A DNA stretch of 63,475 nucleotides, filler included, from Octopus bimaculoides (taxonomy: Eukaryota): the NCBI RefSeq assembly GCF_001194135.2. It is 8 parts of 7 records of this genome, joined end to end, with 100 filler letters (N's around TTAATTAATTAA, not from the genome) between each part and the next. Parts side by side here need not be neighbours in the genome. Positions count along the whole stretch, not along the records: positions 35,159 to 44,769 come from NC_068995.1; positions 44,870 to 57,513 come from NC_068990.1; 6 more parts are not named here. One strand, written 5' to 3'. Positions 38,648-52,900 of this stretch are shown piece by piece (positions within the stretch are counted from its first letter, which is position 1; each line of letters starts with the position of its first letter). Below the pieces are notes generated by a model. It saw only the letters and a list, made by a program, of their open reading frames with translations. It did not search any database and was not told the DNA's origin. The position numbers were made by a program, and so were the translations under genes.

Positions 38648-39628
38648 GTCACCCGTTTCAGTCAGTAAACTGCGGCAATGCCTGGGCATCAACTTAAATG
38701 GATTAGTCGATCAAATGGACCCCAGCTTTCTTATTCTATCAGTTATTTTGCCGAATCACTCAGTTACGGGGATGTAAACAAACCAACACTAGTTGTCAAC
38801 GGTGGTGGGGACAAAAGCAAACACACTAATAACTGTGTGTGTTTATGCATATGCATTTATGTATATGTGAGCGTGTGTGTAAAATATATATATATACACA
38901 CACACACAGCCATGCACTATATTCACTCCCGAAGCATTAGTCGGCCCTGAGCTATAGAAGACACTTGTCCAAGGCGCCGCGTAGTGGAGCTGAACCCAAA
39001 ACCTCGTGGCTGCAAAGTGAGCTTCTTAACCACATAACCATGCCTGCGCGAAATTTGAACTTTAATGCTTGTTATGACTATGGGCACAGGAACCGCTTTC
39101 ATTCAAGAAATAAGATCGTCGAAATAGAATTATTGACTTTAAAACGTGCAACAACTAAGAAAGCTTTTATGGAACCAAATGAAATACACTGTTTAACTTT
39201 ACATGTCATTTGTAGTTAGATACCCGATGTTGGTGTACCTGTCTAGTAATGTTTTTTATTCGGACCAATACAGAAATAAGTAATTTCTGCTTGGAAATAG
39301 TTTTAAGCACTTTTCGATGTTGATGTGTAAGAATTACTGCCTCGTAGATAAAGTTTTCTTCGCCTTTTCACAGAAGAAATAGGTTCCATCATTATTAGAA
39401 AAAAGCCATATATAAGAACAGCAGTTTAAAGATGCGATCATTAAAGAGAGAAATCTAGACTATTAAAACAAGGAGTGCAATTGACCAATACAGTTTAGCG
39501 CTTTGAGTGTCAGCATGGTAGTTGCAAACCTCATGAAAACAAACGTCGTTGTTGTCCCACTAGAATCAGTAATCCTACACTCACAACACGTTCACGTATA
39601 CAGAAATACATGGACGTATATGTAATAT

Positions 39629-39677
<49 letters not shown>

Positions 39678-39809
39678 CACACACACACACACACTTGTTT
39701 GAGGGTTAACCAGGCTACCATTGGTTTCATGCTAAGAGAGATATAACAGTTATCAAGCCTGTCACATAGGACGCTGGTGTGCCTCTCCATCTCATTCTCA
39801 CTGTTCAAT

Positions 39810-39865
<56 letters not shown>

Positions 39866-40426
39866 GTGTGTATATTAGTATATTTACCTATTTACACACA
39901 TGCATATGTGTGCATGTATGTGGTGTGCATATGTAAGTGCAGGCGAACATTTTTACACGCACACATTCATACGCCTACATGTGTATAAGTGTAAATATAT
40001 TTATCTATAGACACACTTTTGTGTGTATTTGTGTTTATGGCATGTTGAAGTATGTGCAGCTATGTTTACATATTCACACACACAACACACACACACACAC
40101 GCGCTCTTCGTAAATGTTCCCGTTAAGAAGTCATTCCCTACACCACACCATCCGGGGGGACCAATATAGAAATAATATAACAATTATATTGAATGAGGGA
40201 AGTTAACAAAGTTACTGCAACATTGGAAGCAACAACATGCTGGTAATTGCTGGAACTACCATAATACTAACGCATCCATACACATACACCCACAAACATT
40301 CACATTATATGCACATTCATATACACACATATATACAACACACGTACGCATATTCAAACTTGTGAACACATATACACACACATATATACGTACTTCCATA
40401 TGCACATATATGTTCATAAACATCTT

Positions 40427-40494
<68 letters not shown>

Positions 40495-40589
40495 NNNNNN
40501 NNNNACATTTACTTATTCACATCTATATAGACACATAAAAACGCGTGTATATATTCATGCATATGCATTTCTTTATATGTACACACTCA

Positions 40590-40678
<89 letters not shown>

Positions 40679-43618
40679 GCATACATGCACACAACGTGTC
40701 TCAATCCAATAAAGAGGTGTGAGATCTAAAATATGTGTAAATATATTGATAATGCACAGCATGGACTCTGGAGGTAGTTAATCAAACAGTAATAATATTG
40801 GTGATGGCACACACACACATGCTCTCACACACATGCACGCACGCTCACATACGCACACACACACACATCACTGCAATATATGTCTTCATTTTCTCTCCTC
40901 TCTTCTTTCCCCGTTTTGCTCTCTATACTCCTCTCTCTGCTCTCTGTCTGTCTCTCTCTGAAAGCCAGACACCATGGATATATGATAATTTCTTATATAA
41001 GCACAAAGTGAGGAATTGAGTATGAAGGCATCAGTGGATTATATTGATCTCCAATATATCACTGGTACCCGTATTCTATCGACCCCACTATGATAAAAGA
41101 AGGTTGATATCGGCGAGATTTGAACTCGAAACATTAAGGGCCGCAATTAAATAAGTCATTCTGCCTACCAGTATAACTATACGATGAACGTTCGTTAGGA
41201 TGTAGGAGTTATAGGTCAAGATGTTATACATCGCTGGTCACAATGCGCTTTTGCATCGTTTAAGCCTTCGAATAATGCCACCCTGCTAGCTAGGAGAGCA
41301 GGCTAATAGTTCCCTTGATCCGAAAGCTAGTCCGTCGCAGGGTTACCCCATCTTCAGCCGAGTGGATTGGGCCAACGAGAAATTAAGTTTTTTGCTCAAG
41401 AACAAAATGCACAGCTCGGTGCGGGAATCAAACCCACGATCTCGGGCTCGTGAGTGCACAAAAACGCGCGTGCGCACATTTTATCTTTCCCCTTCCTCTG
41501 CCCAAACCACTCGGCCATTGCGCCTCCACGGAACATAGTTAATCAATTTCTATTCAACAAATGCCAAAGCTGACCTTCAGACCGTTACCTAACTTTTAGA
41601 GCAATAGTATATACACCGATTTACACAAGTACAAACACACGCCAACACACAAACACATGCATCCAATATGTAGAGTGAAGTCCTCAGTCAACCTATGTAT
41701 GCCCCAAATCATCCAACTCCTTGACTACCTTGTTTTTTTTGTACACATCTATCTAGGACTACATTACGTAATGTGCCCTCTCCATATATATATATTTATA
41801 TATATACATATATATATATGATCTTTTTGTTGTTTTCCTCTTTGTCTTTCTCGTTCTTCCCCCCACCCATCTCGACCTTATTTCTCCTAGCCCCGGTTTA
41901 TTTTGCTACTACCATCCAACCCCGATCAACACTATTTTTTCATTCCCACCACCCCAGTCGTCGTTGGGTTCGATCCCTCCTCCTGTTCAGCCTCCCGAAA
42001 CAATGCACCCGTTTATTTGTTTTGCGTTGTATTGTATTTGTTGATACAAGTTGGTGTGTGATCGGGTGGCTTAGTGTAGGTCGGGGGTTGCTCAATGTAC
42101 CCGTTGGTTTGTCGTTTGGTGTTCTTGGTCCTGCTGCTGCTGCTGTTGTTGTCGATGACAATGACGTCGGCGGGTGGATGATGTGCAGGGGTGTGTGTAT
42201 GTGGGGTGGGGGTTGATGTCGCGGGGGTCCGGTTAGGGTTTTTGATATTTGTTCCTTACATGTGTTGTGGATTTTGTTTCTTCAGAGAGAAAAGACAAGA
42301 ATCTCTGCAAAGAACGGAGAAATGGGTGTGCGTATGTGGGCAGGGAGGGATGTAGGTAGGAGTAGGATGGAAGAAAATGTGGGAGTGTGTATAAGGAGCA
42401 ACAGAGAGAGAGAGAAGGGGGAGTGGGTTGAGTGTGGGAGAAAGGGATGGGGAGTATTGTTTTGTTGTTTTTGATAGGAAGTAACTGGAACCAATTATAT
42501 TGTCTTATAACATCTCTCTCTATAGCCACACAACAAATACTCACACACAATGCGTGTGTGTGTGTGTGTGTGTGTGTATACATACACATATATATAGTGT
42601 ACACACACACACACACACACACACACGTGTCTATATGTGTATATTTATATATACACACACGTATGTTTATATGTATGTGTATATATGTATATACACATAT
42701 ATATACATATGTATATAGATATGTATATATACAGATGTATATATATATTTATATGTTTATATATATATATATATATATATATATNNNNNNNNNNNNNNNN
42801 NNNNNNNNNNNNNNNNNNNNNNNNNNNNNNNNNNNNNNNNNNNNNNNNNNNNNNNNNNNNNNNNNNNNNNNNNNNNNNNNNNNNNNNNNNNNNNNNNNNN
42901 NNNNNNNNNNNNNNNNNNNNNNNNNNNNNNNNNNNNNNNNNNNNNNNNNNNNNNNNNNNNNNNNNNNNNNNNNNNNNNNNNNNNNNNNNNNNNNNNNNNN
43001 NNNNNNNNNNNNNNNNNNNNNNNNNNNNNNNNNNNNNNNNNNNNNNNNNNNNNNNNNNNNNNNNNNNNNNNNNNNNNNNNNNNNNNNNNNNNNNNNNNNN
43101 NNNNNNNNNNNNNNNNNNNNNNNNNNNNNNNNNNNNNNNNNNNNNNNNNNNNNNNNNNNNNNNNNNNNNNNNNNNNNNNNNNNNNNNNNNNNNNNNNNNN
43201 NNNNNNNNNNNNNNNNNNNNNNNNNNNNNNNNNNNNNNNNNNNNNNNNNNNNNNNNNNNNNNNNNNNNNNNNNNNNNNNNNNNNNNNNNNNNNNNNNNNN
43301 NNNNNNNNNNNNNNNNNNNNNNNNNNNNNNNNNNNNNNNNNNNNNNNNNNNNNNNNNNNNNNNNNNNNNNNNNNNNNNNNNNNNNNNNNNNNNNNNNNNN
43401 NNNNNNNNNNNNNNNNNNNNNNNNNNNNNNNNNNNNNNNNNNNNNNNNNNNNNNNNNNNNNNNNNNNNNNNNNNNNNNNNNNNNNNNNNNNNNNNNNNNN
43501 NNNNNNNNNNNNNNNNNNNNNNNNNNNNNNNNNNNNNNNNNNNNNNNNNNNNNNNNNNNNNNNNNNNNNNNNNNNNNNNNNNNNNNNNNNNNNNNNNNNN
43601 NNNNNNNNNNNNNNNNNN

Positions 43619-43928
43619 ATTAACGTGCAAATGGCTGAGCACTCCACAGACACGTGTACCCTTAATGTAGTTCTCGGTGTGATTCAGCGTGACACAGTGT
43701 GACAAGGCTGGCCCCTTTGAATTACAGGCACAACAGAAACAGGAAGTAAGAGTGAGAGAAAGTTGTGGTGAAAGAGTACAGCAAGGTTTCCCACCATCCC
43801 CTGCCGGAGCCTCGTGGAGCTTTAGGTGTTTTCGCTCAATAAACACTCACAACGCTCGGTCTGGGAATCGAAACCGCGATTCTATGACCGCGAGTCCGCT
43901 GCCCTAACCACTGGGCCATTGCGCCTCC
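43619..43928 (-). mobile_element. SINE family 3 head and body with a different 3' tail
   Basis: Head nearly identical to the 35429 copy. Tail ccagccttgtcacactgtgtcacgctgaat is shared with the 1869-2058 copy. Confidence 0.85.
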
Positions 43929-45139
43929 ACAGAAGTTACCGTAGAAAGTCAGAATTGAAAGAAGTACAACCCTGTATAGTCAACAGAAGAGAATGTTTTT
44001 TAATAATAATGTCTTGCGGTACATCTGGGGACACCTTAGGGTTTCGACATCATATTTGTAGACAATTATAAGTTGCGTAAGCATTAAGTGATTGTCTACA
44101 AATACGGATTTCCCAACCTAACGTACCCCTAACTGTACCGGTAGACTAAATAAATTAGTTTGTGCGTTTGTGTGGCGCTCTTTACAGGCACACTGACTCA
44201 AAAGAGTGTTTATTTCTCTGCAGGTGGACACCATGTATATCAATTTCTGCTCTCACCGCGCCCCACGCACTGCACATCCACATCCACATGCACAGCTGTA
44301 ACATAAACTCACACATCTACATACTTGCAGACACACACATAATAGCACTCCTCCTCTCTTCTCCTATTGCCTGCCACTACAGCTCTTCACTACTCTTTTT
44401 TTTGTTTTTGTTTTTTGTTTTCATGTCACTATTGTTGTTGTTATTCTTGTCGTTTTTGTTCTGATTGTATGTTGTCTTCGAAAGCATTGTTATTCCAGCA
44501 TCACTTTTCTCTGTTTTCCTGCCACGCCTACCAACCACCCAGACTCCCTACACTCTCCCTCTCTCCCCCTCATATATATATATCCACACACACACACACA
44601 TCTATGTATTTCTATTTAAATGTATGTCCGCGTTCATATTGCAACTCCCCTTCCTCCCCCCCCCCGTCAATGTGTTTCTATCGAATGTTGTTCTTGTCTC
44701 AAGGTAGTATTTACCATTGTCTTCTACACTTAAATTAATTCTTATCAAATGAACCGACAGCTAACGTCTNNNNNNNNNNNNNNNNNNNNNNNNNNNNNNN
44801 NNNNNNNNNNNNNTTAATTAATTAANNNNNNNNNNNNNNNNNNNNNNNNNNNNNNNNNNNNNNNNNNNNAAGTGTAGGCGGCATACGAGTGGGTATATAT
44901 TTATAAAAAAGATGTTTGAAAACGCCATTATATAAAATAAATTTTAATTTATAATTTTCTCAGAGATATTTTACATGTTTCGGTTCATGAAAAAACGAAC
45001 CTTATCAAAAATACATATTTCAAAAAAATTGTAATTAAAAGAAAAGTTCATAATTGTTTCTTACTGGTGTCAACATAGTCCACGTGGGAGCGTTTTTTGT
45101 ATGGGTACATAATGGCTGTAGTAGTAGTAGTGATACGGT

Positions 45140-45178
<39 letters not shown>

Positions 45179-45899
45179 AGCCAACGATTCTTTTGTTCAA
45201 ACTATCGTATCTCCACCTGCTTCAGATGCCAAATATCAAATACTGTCAAAGTGTAGTACAACGGTTTTACTATAGAATGGTGAAACTATTTTTTCGTTTC
45301 CTAAAAAACAGCGTTTTGGACTTACGTCACTTTTGCATAATAGCAACGATATGTATAAACACGCACAGACACGCAAACACACACACATCGGATTTAATTT
45401 AATTAATTTTTTTAAATGACGTAAAATGATAATAGCATCGCCACCGTTTCTTAATGATTTCTCTTAGAATAATTCTTATTTACAGATTACTTAATATCGT
45501 ATATATTTTTTTAATTTCCAGTTTGGTTAATATCACATATTAAAGCGTTCGCATTTATGGATTCTTGTTTAATGTTTGTATTGGTTTCTTGTAGTTTTCT
45601 TTTACATTTAATGAACTGATTTCTTTTTCTAATTAAACTTTTACATACAGTAATTTATACCTGATAGGATTTCCTATACTCTCCAATTTTTAAAAATCCT
45701 ATTAAAGCTATTAAAAGTATTAAAGGTATCCTCCTTTTGTATTTGAATTTTGAAAATTAATTCTATTATCATTAACTCTTTAAGCAACAGGAGCACCAAC
45801 CCGAACAATCCAGTTTTCAATTTAATAATTATAAAATAAAACAACACCAGATCATCTCATAAATAAATTCTAAAAAGTTTCGTTTAATTTGGTTAAAAA

Positions 45900-46620
45900 T
45901 ATAGAATTTCTGAAAGATTACCTGAGATTATTCCAGCAGGAACTATTTGTGAAATCTTAAACATCTCTAATTCCAGCGATATGCATGTATATTTTGATAA
46001 AAGCAGACGATCGTTATCAGCTGCACAAAGGAACATATCGTTTCATATCCAAAATTTTAGGCGAAGATTACAAGGAGAAAGCATGGTTTAAGACACACAA
46101 CTTGATAAAACACAGAGTTATGGAGTTTACAACAAATCTACAAATTCTTGACAAATATGAATATCTGACACCCAAATCACCATCCTCTTATTCGAAAGAC
46201 CAAATGACGCCGACTTTAAGGATAATCCTTTAATCTATTTAATAAATCTCGCCAAAGATTATTATACATAGAAAACTACCCTCTCTGAGAAATCTGAGAA
46301 GCTTAAGCTTTAATCAATCGCTCCAATTCTATCGCTAAGAACTTATTAAAGATTCTCAGTTTGACGCTGTAACTACCATGTATCTATAATACTAGTTAAC
46401 TTAATAAAGCAATTGAGATTGATTACCCTTACTCAAAATTATCAGCATAGCACTGATATTATCTTGCTAATTAGAATAACAAACGTTAATTGAAATAATA
46501 CTCTGTGGACAATAAAAAATGTTCATACCAATGTTGATGTCAGCATGGGTCCTAGTGACTCGATTGAGTTAACAGATCTTTTTGAATTATATTTGTCTAC
46601 ACAAACGAGAATCAAACTAC
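45900..46620 (+). mobile_element. Degenerate Penelope-like RT fragment
   Basis: SQFDAVTTMY (like FDV.SLY) and VDVSMGPSDSIELTDLFELYL (like FDVTMGS.DGAE.CELVGLYLL). Confidence 0.5.
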
Positions 46621-47222
46621 CTACAATCAATTTCTTTATTAACCATGAAGCTGAGAAAAAGAGGGGACGATAAGAGGACAGACAAAACAAACATTGGGTC
46701 AAGGAATCGAATGAGACGAAACGTATGAATAAATAAACAATTAAAATATATACAATTAAATGAGAATGACTGATTTACAAAAAATGAAGCGGAGGATGCG
46801 GTCGACCCCACAAACCACATACTCACACTGAAGACTTTGCTTTCTTCCTTAGTTTTGTTCTCGTTTAGACAGGTTCTTTACCTCGCAACATACTTGCTAC
46901 AGACAAAGGCGGATCACTGCAATGAGGGTATTCTCATATGCAACGAATAAGAAATATTTAACTTACAGCGTTGATTAATGTAATCTAATTTTTAAAGCTT
47001 GTCGGTCAATGTCCTTCTAATTAAAGCTGGAAGCACTTCTCGAAGTTTCTTGTTTCGTTTCCATTCTTGCTAGTTCCATCTCTCTTTCACTTCAAATCAG
47101 CTAAATTCTTTCAGTTATTTGATTATACATTCAGTAATTCATGGCATGCATGTTTCCATCTTTTTTATGTAATTAGTTGTTTTACTATATCTGCTTGTAT
47201 ATGTTTGTCTATGTATATCCGC

Positions 47223-47258
<36 letters not shown>

Positions 47259-48812
47259 GCATATGCATGTGCGTATATGTTGTCCATATATATGCATGCA
47301 CGTAAAGGTGGGTTTTCTGAATGACTCGTAGAAAGGCATGACGTGTTATACTTTTAATCGTACCTTCGTTCAGTGGTTAGAAATACCCTAAGATTTGTTT
47401 AATTTTATTAAATCCTGCAGTTTCCAATGCAACCTAACCTACAGTAGGTAAAAAAAAAGTCTATAAAAACACCAATGAAAAATTTAATAAAATCTTGTGA
47501 GTTCGACTTGTTTACCAATGTACCTCTTACTCACATTGTAATATAATCAAACTTTAATATTCAGTTGGATGAAATATCTGTGGTAACAATTTCAGCCTCC
47601 CAAAATAATTATATATGTTGTACAAATGTCAATATATATGTGAAATGTCCTTGGAATGTTTCTTATGTAGAGAAATATCACAACACTTCTGATACTAAGC
47701 TTTAAACAACTTCAATTGTACCTCTTCTAATTATTTTTATCGCAGTGGTATTATCTTCAACATATTTTTATACTTCTCTGAAGGTTGTCCTTAGTTGATC
47801 TCCGCCTAGATTAATTTTGATGTATAATTGAATCAGAGATAAACTTGATTACAGGATATAGCTAGTTTATTTCTGGTTCCTTTACTATACATTGGCTTTT
47901 AGATATATTTTTACTTTATATCTATGCTATTGAGTTTTCTGCGCGATTGCTATGCTATATGTTTACATCTTTATCTCTCTATTATTAACTTAGATCAGCT
48001 TGATATTTTCCACTTTGGTTTATTTCAAGATATTTGCTAGATTCTTTGTTCCTTCACTTTCGCTTTATCTCTTATCACTAGCTCGATGTTTTCTGGCTCA
48101 TTCTCACTATATATGTGGTTTATTTGTTTCCAGGTAGATTTTCTATGACTTCTTGGTCAGTCATTTTGTCGCTACTTTATACCAATGACACCACCCTTCA
48201 TTACCTTGCTAGACTTATCTTCGATTTATTTAGATTGGATCAGATTTTATGACTCATCCAAAATTCAGTTCTGAAGGATACATATCTTCCTTTATTGGTA
48301 GAGTGCAGCATGATAAATACCAACTCACGACCCCTTGAGCTTAGCATACAAAATTCCAATTGGTGACTTGTTTCTGACTGCATTATAATTTCGCCATTTA
48401 ACGTATATGTTTACAGATCGTGCATGATATAAAATACGCTCGTGTTTAAATTGCCTGATCGAATTGAATGATATTCATCACACAAAGTTCCGAATGAGGA
48501 AACAGTCGAACGATTGAAATTTTACATTTGGCAAAATTAAAGAAGCAAACAAGAAGTATTTACTGAGATAACTAAAGTTATAGGGAAAGAGCAGCACACT
48601 AGCATAACGGTTTCTCCGGTTTTAAAATGATGCAAATTCCCATGGTTTAATATATGGGTTGGGGTGTATGTATATATATAGAAGGAAAATCATTATCAAG
48701 AACGAAATGTTGGTTCGATTCCAACTGAGTATCTAACCTTTCATTTTATCTTTCTGATGAAAACAAGCAAACACACACATGCACACACGCAAATTTGAGA
48801 AATCTATCTATC

Positions 48813-48843
<31 letters not shown>

Positions 48844-48899
48844 CTATCTCTATCTATCTATCTACCTATCTACCTATCTATCTATATTTCTATCTATCT

Positions 48900-48972
<73 letters not shown>

Positions 48973-49329
48973 CATTTAATGTAAGAAGGTAAGCTACTAA
49001 TCATTTAATGTAAGAAGGTAAGCTACTAAAAGTGTCTTGCTTTGGCGACACGTATCTAGGCAGAATTTTATTTCAACAAGCAATATTTAGGCACTGAATA
49101 GATGCGCTATTCTATTTGAAAACGTTGCTACGGGAGAAGTAATGAGAGAATAATAGCCAAGACAGTCGATGCAAAAAGTGAGAGAGTGAATAAATGGAAA
49201 AAGAAATGAAAACAAAAACAGGAAAATTTGAGTTACGTCTCCTTTGACCATACAAGCCATAATGAAACTAGTTGTAGTACAATAATTTAGCGGAGAGGGA
49301 TCCAAAGTCTGCGAGGCATCTATTTAATC

Positions 49330-49560
49330 CAAAGTGGGTGGTGCCCTCCAGTTCGCCATAAGACGTTTGTCCATATGTCTGCACTTTCTGAAAATTTCGA
49401 ATCTGGAATTAAGTAGTGCAGTGAAAGCCTTAGATCTAAGAATGTGTGTTCTTTCAGCTATGCAAAAGATGCATTTCTTAAATCCATGTGCATATGGTAA
49501 GGATTTCTCTATAAATCTCCACTTGATTGTTTGTGATGTGTAGTTAGTCATCAAACCCTG
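49330..49560 (-). mobile_element. Penelope-like element C-terminus following the GIY-YIG endonuclease
   Basis: IKWRFIEKSLPYAHGFKKCIFCIAERTHIL...LLNSRFEIFRKCRHMDK matches the W.I...PY...C.LC..E...LLN.R.E...CRH pattern. Confidence 0.75.
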
Positions 49561-49937
49561 TACGTGGCTTTACTTTTGTCGATAGGGAGACTGAGCAGCT
49601 ATCTCGCCGACTTTGGAATCCTTCCCGTTGAAGCTAGTTTAATTATGACTTTCACGCTCAAAGGGGATATAACATTAATTTTTCTCATGTATCAGCGTCC
49701 TGATTTTCAAATGGAATAGCCTATGTACTCAGAGTCTGCAGACTGGTTGGAGACAGAAGACATATTATAAAAACCTGCATGGACACGTGTCTCCAAAGTA
49801 CGAAACTATTAGTAGCTCGTATAGCTATGCTGTGGACATTACATGATACTTATCTCTCCCTGGATGAATTACTTTTTTGTTGATTTAATCTTAACGGAAC
49901 AGTAAATTACACACACAACGTGGATACACACCCACCC

Positions 49938-49990
<53 letters not shown>

Positions 49991-50704
49991 CACACACACA
50001 CATTGATTTCTCAAATCTGTACGCGAGGATTAAGTTTCGACACAACGATAAGAGGTGAGAGTTTTAATCGACGCTGCAGCTCCATATTGAAGTACAGGTC
50101 ACGTAGCTGGGAATGTGCTCCTGCTATATATAAATATCGTAGACAAACCTACTCTCAAAATCAGGCCGTCAAATTCTTTGCCAAATATCCACTCGTTAAT
50201 TAGCTATGACCACTAGCTCATAGATATACATCACTCTGCACATTTTGTTACTAAAACAACATCGTTTCTTAGTTTAAACTAGTGATATACATACCTTCTT
50301 TCACTAAGTATACACGGCTTCTTCATTCACCTTCTTTTTCTCCAACTTGCTTCGTTTTTTCACTGAAATGCTAAATGCAATACTCTTAATATCTTTGTTC
50401 ACCAGAACTATATTTTCTGGACAATCTACTTATCAAGTACATTTATTTTGAAGATATAAGAACAAGAACAAATTAAATTAAACTCTTACTATTTTGATGT
50501 CGCTAGAATATAGGATGATTTGTAAATCTTTTAGACAATGCGTCTGGGTTTATGGCCGTGTGGTAAAAAGCTTGCTTCCCAACCACATGGTTCCGGGTTC
50601 AGTGACACTGCCTGTCACCTTGAGCAAGTGTCTTCTACTATAGCCTCGGGCCTACCAAAGCATAGTGAGTGGATCAGGTAGACGGAAACTGAAAGAAGCC
50701 CATC

Positions 50705-50747
<43 letters not shown>

Positions 50748-52835
50748 ACGGTTGGTTATCCTTTATATATACTGTTCACTATTTACTTATTGGANNNNNN
50801 NNNNNNNNNNNNNNNNNNNNNNNNNNNNNNNNNNNNNNNNNNNNNNNNNNNNNNNNNNNNNNNNNNNNNNNNNNNNNNNNNNNNNNNNNNNNNNNNNNNN
50901 NNNNNNNNNNNNNNNNNNNNNNNNNNNNNNNNNNNNNNNNNNNNNNNNNNNNNNNNNNNNNNNNNNNNNNNNNNNNNNNNNNNNNNNNNNNNNNNNNNNN
51001 NNNNNNNNNNNNNNNNNNNNNNNNNNNNNNNNNNNNNNNNNNNNNNNNNNNNNNNNNNNNNNNNNNNNNNNNNNNNNNNNNNNNNNNNNNNNNNNNNNNN
51101 NNNNNNNNNNNNNNNNNNNNNNNNNNNNNNNNNNNNNNNNNNNNNNNNNNNNNNNNNNNNNNNNNNNNNNNNNNNNNNNNNNNNNNNNNNNNNNNNNNNN
51201 NNNNNNNNNNNNNNNNNNNNNNNNNNNNNNNNNNNNNNNNNNNNNNNNACACACACACACACATATATATATATTACTTGTATGCATATCTGTAAATGTA
51301 GCTGTACACACGTGTGTGCGTGTATGCATGTGCGAGCGGTGGCATCTGTCAGTATGAATACATGCAGATAGGGAACAAGGGATGAGAGATAAGGCATAGC
51401 GGCTGTGTGTGAAAAACCAGAGCAGAAGAGGAATATAATTGAAAAAAGAAAAGAGAAAAATATGACAAAAAAACAAAGCGAATATGCGACTGTATACGTG
51501 TCGTTGTATTTGTTTAAATACGTGTTTTTGTGTGCATACATTTGTATAAGTATGTACGTATACATATGTGTGTTTGTAGGAGAGAGAGGGAGAGGTAGGG
51601 AAGGAGGGAGAGAGAGAGTAGAAGGAAGAGAATCTACGTTGAAGAAGGTGGAGCGAAGGAGAAAAATTTTCGAAGTAAGAATAATAATTGTATGTACAAG
51701 AATGCATACGAAAGAGCTACTACATCAGCAGATAGATATACGCTGAAACTATAAAATGTAAAGCCACAGGCAGAAAAGGTATGTACAATCCTACTGAGTG
51801 CGGAAGCCCTGCCTTGAATCACAGCAATAGGAAGACGCAAAAGAAAAGATTTACATATGTGATAATGCAGTACATTATATAAAGGTAACTTGTGTACTGC
51901 TGAGTCGAAGGAAATGCGTCTCTGCTTTGCAAACTCCATGAAATAAATTATTTTTAGATATGCTGTAACATGTAGAAGAGAATTTTACGGAATGGGGTCA
52001 GTTGTCGATGTGTGCTTCTTTTTACATATAAATTTATGTATGTATATGTAACCATGTATGTATTACACATATGTATCTGTGTATTTAAGTAAGCATTTAT
52101 GTTACATGCATGATTGTATATATGTGAGCTTGCATATATGTAAACATGTATGTATGTATGTATTTATATATCTGTATTTATGTAGACATGTATTTATGAA
52201 TGTATCTGTTTATGTATGTATGTGTACACTTGTGTATGTATTTATGTACTCTATTTTTGAATGTATTAATGCATCATATATGTATGCGCTTATGTATTTA
52301 AGATAGTATAGATATACGCATGTGTATTTAGCTATGCAGATGTGTTTGAATATCTCCAATTGTATAAGTATATAGGTATATATGTGTGAATGTATTTACA
52401 TACACACGTGTTTACACATTTAAGCATATTTGCATGCATGAAAATTTTCCAAGTTTTATTTTTCGAATTTCTCACCTACGGAAAAAGAGTTGGTTTCTCG
52501 GTTAGAAACAAAACTCTTTCATTGGAATTTAAACAGCATTATCGTATTTATACATGAATATACGTACACATGTATACACATAAACATACGTACGTGTGCA
52601 TATGCAAATGTACATGTATGCATGAATGCAGGAAGAGATATCGTTGTATATGTGGATCAGTATACGCATGTATTTGCATTCACTGAGGCTAAACTTCACA
52701 AATGCTTTATATTATTTGATACATTTTTTCATGATTTGTGGAATCACTCCTTTGATGCAGCCATTTCTTTTTGGGCTTGGTGAAATCCAGATTTTCAAGA
52801 TTATACTCAGGCACATATTCTTAATTATATATATA

Positions 52836-52900
<65 letters not shown>

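Noticed and set aside
47450-48500. Possible LINE N-terminal remnant on the minus strand (and possible endonuclease remnant at 37780-38090)
   Set aside because: Too degenerate to assign from motifs alone.
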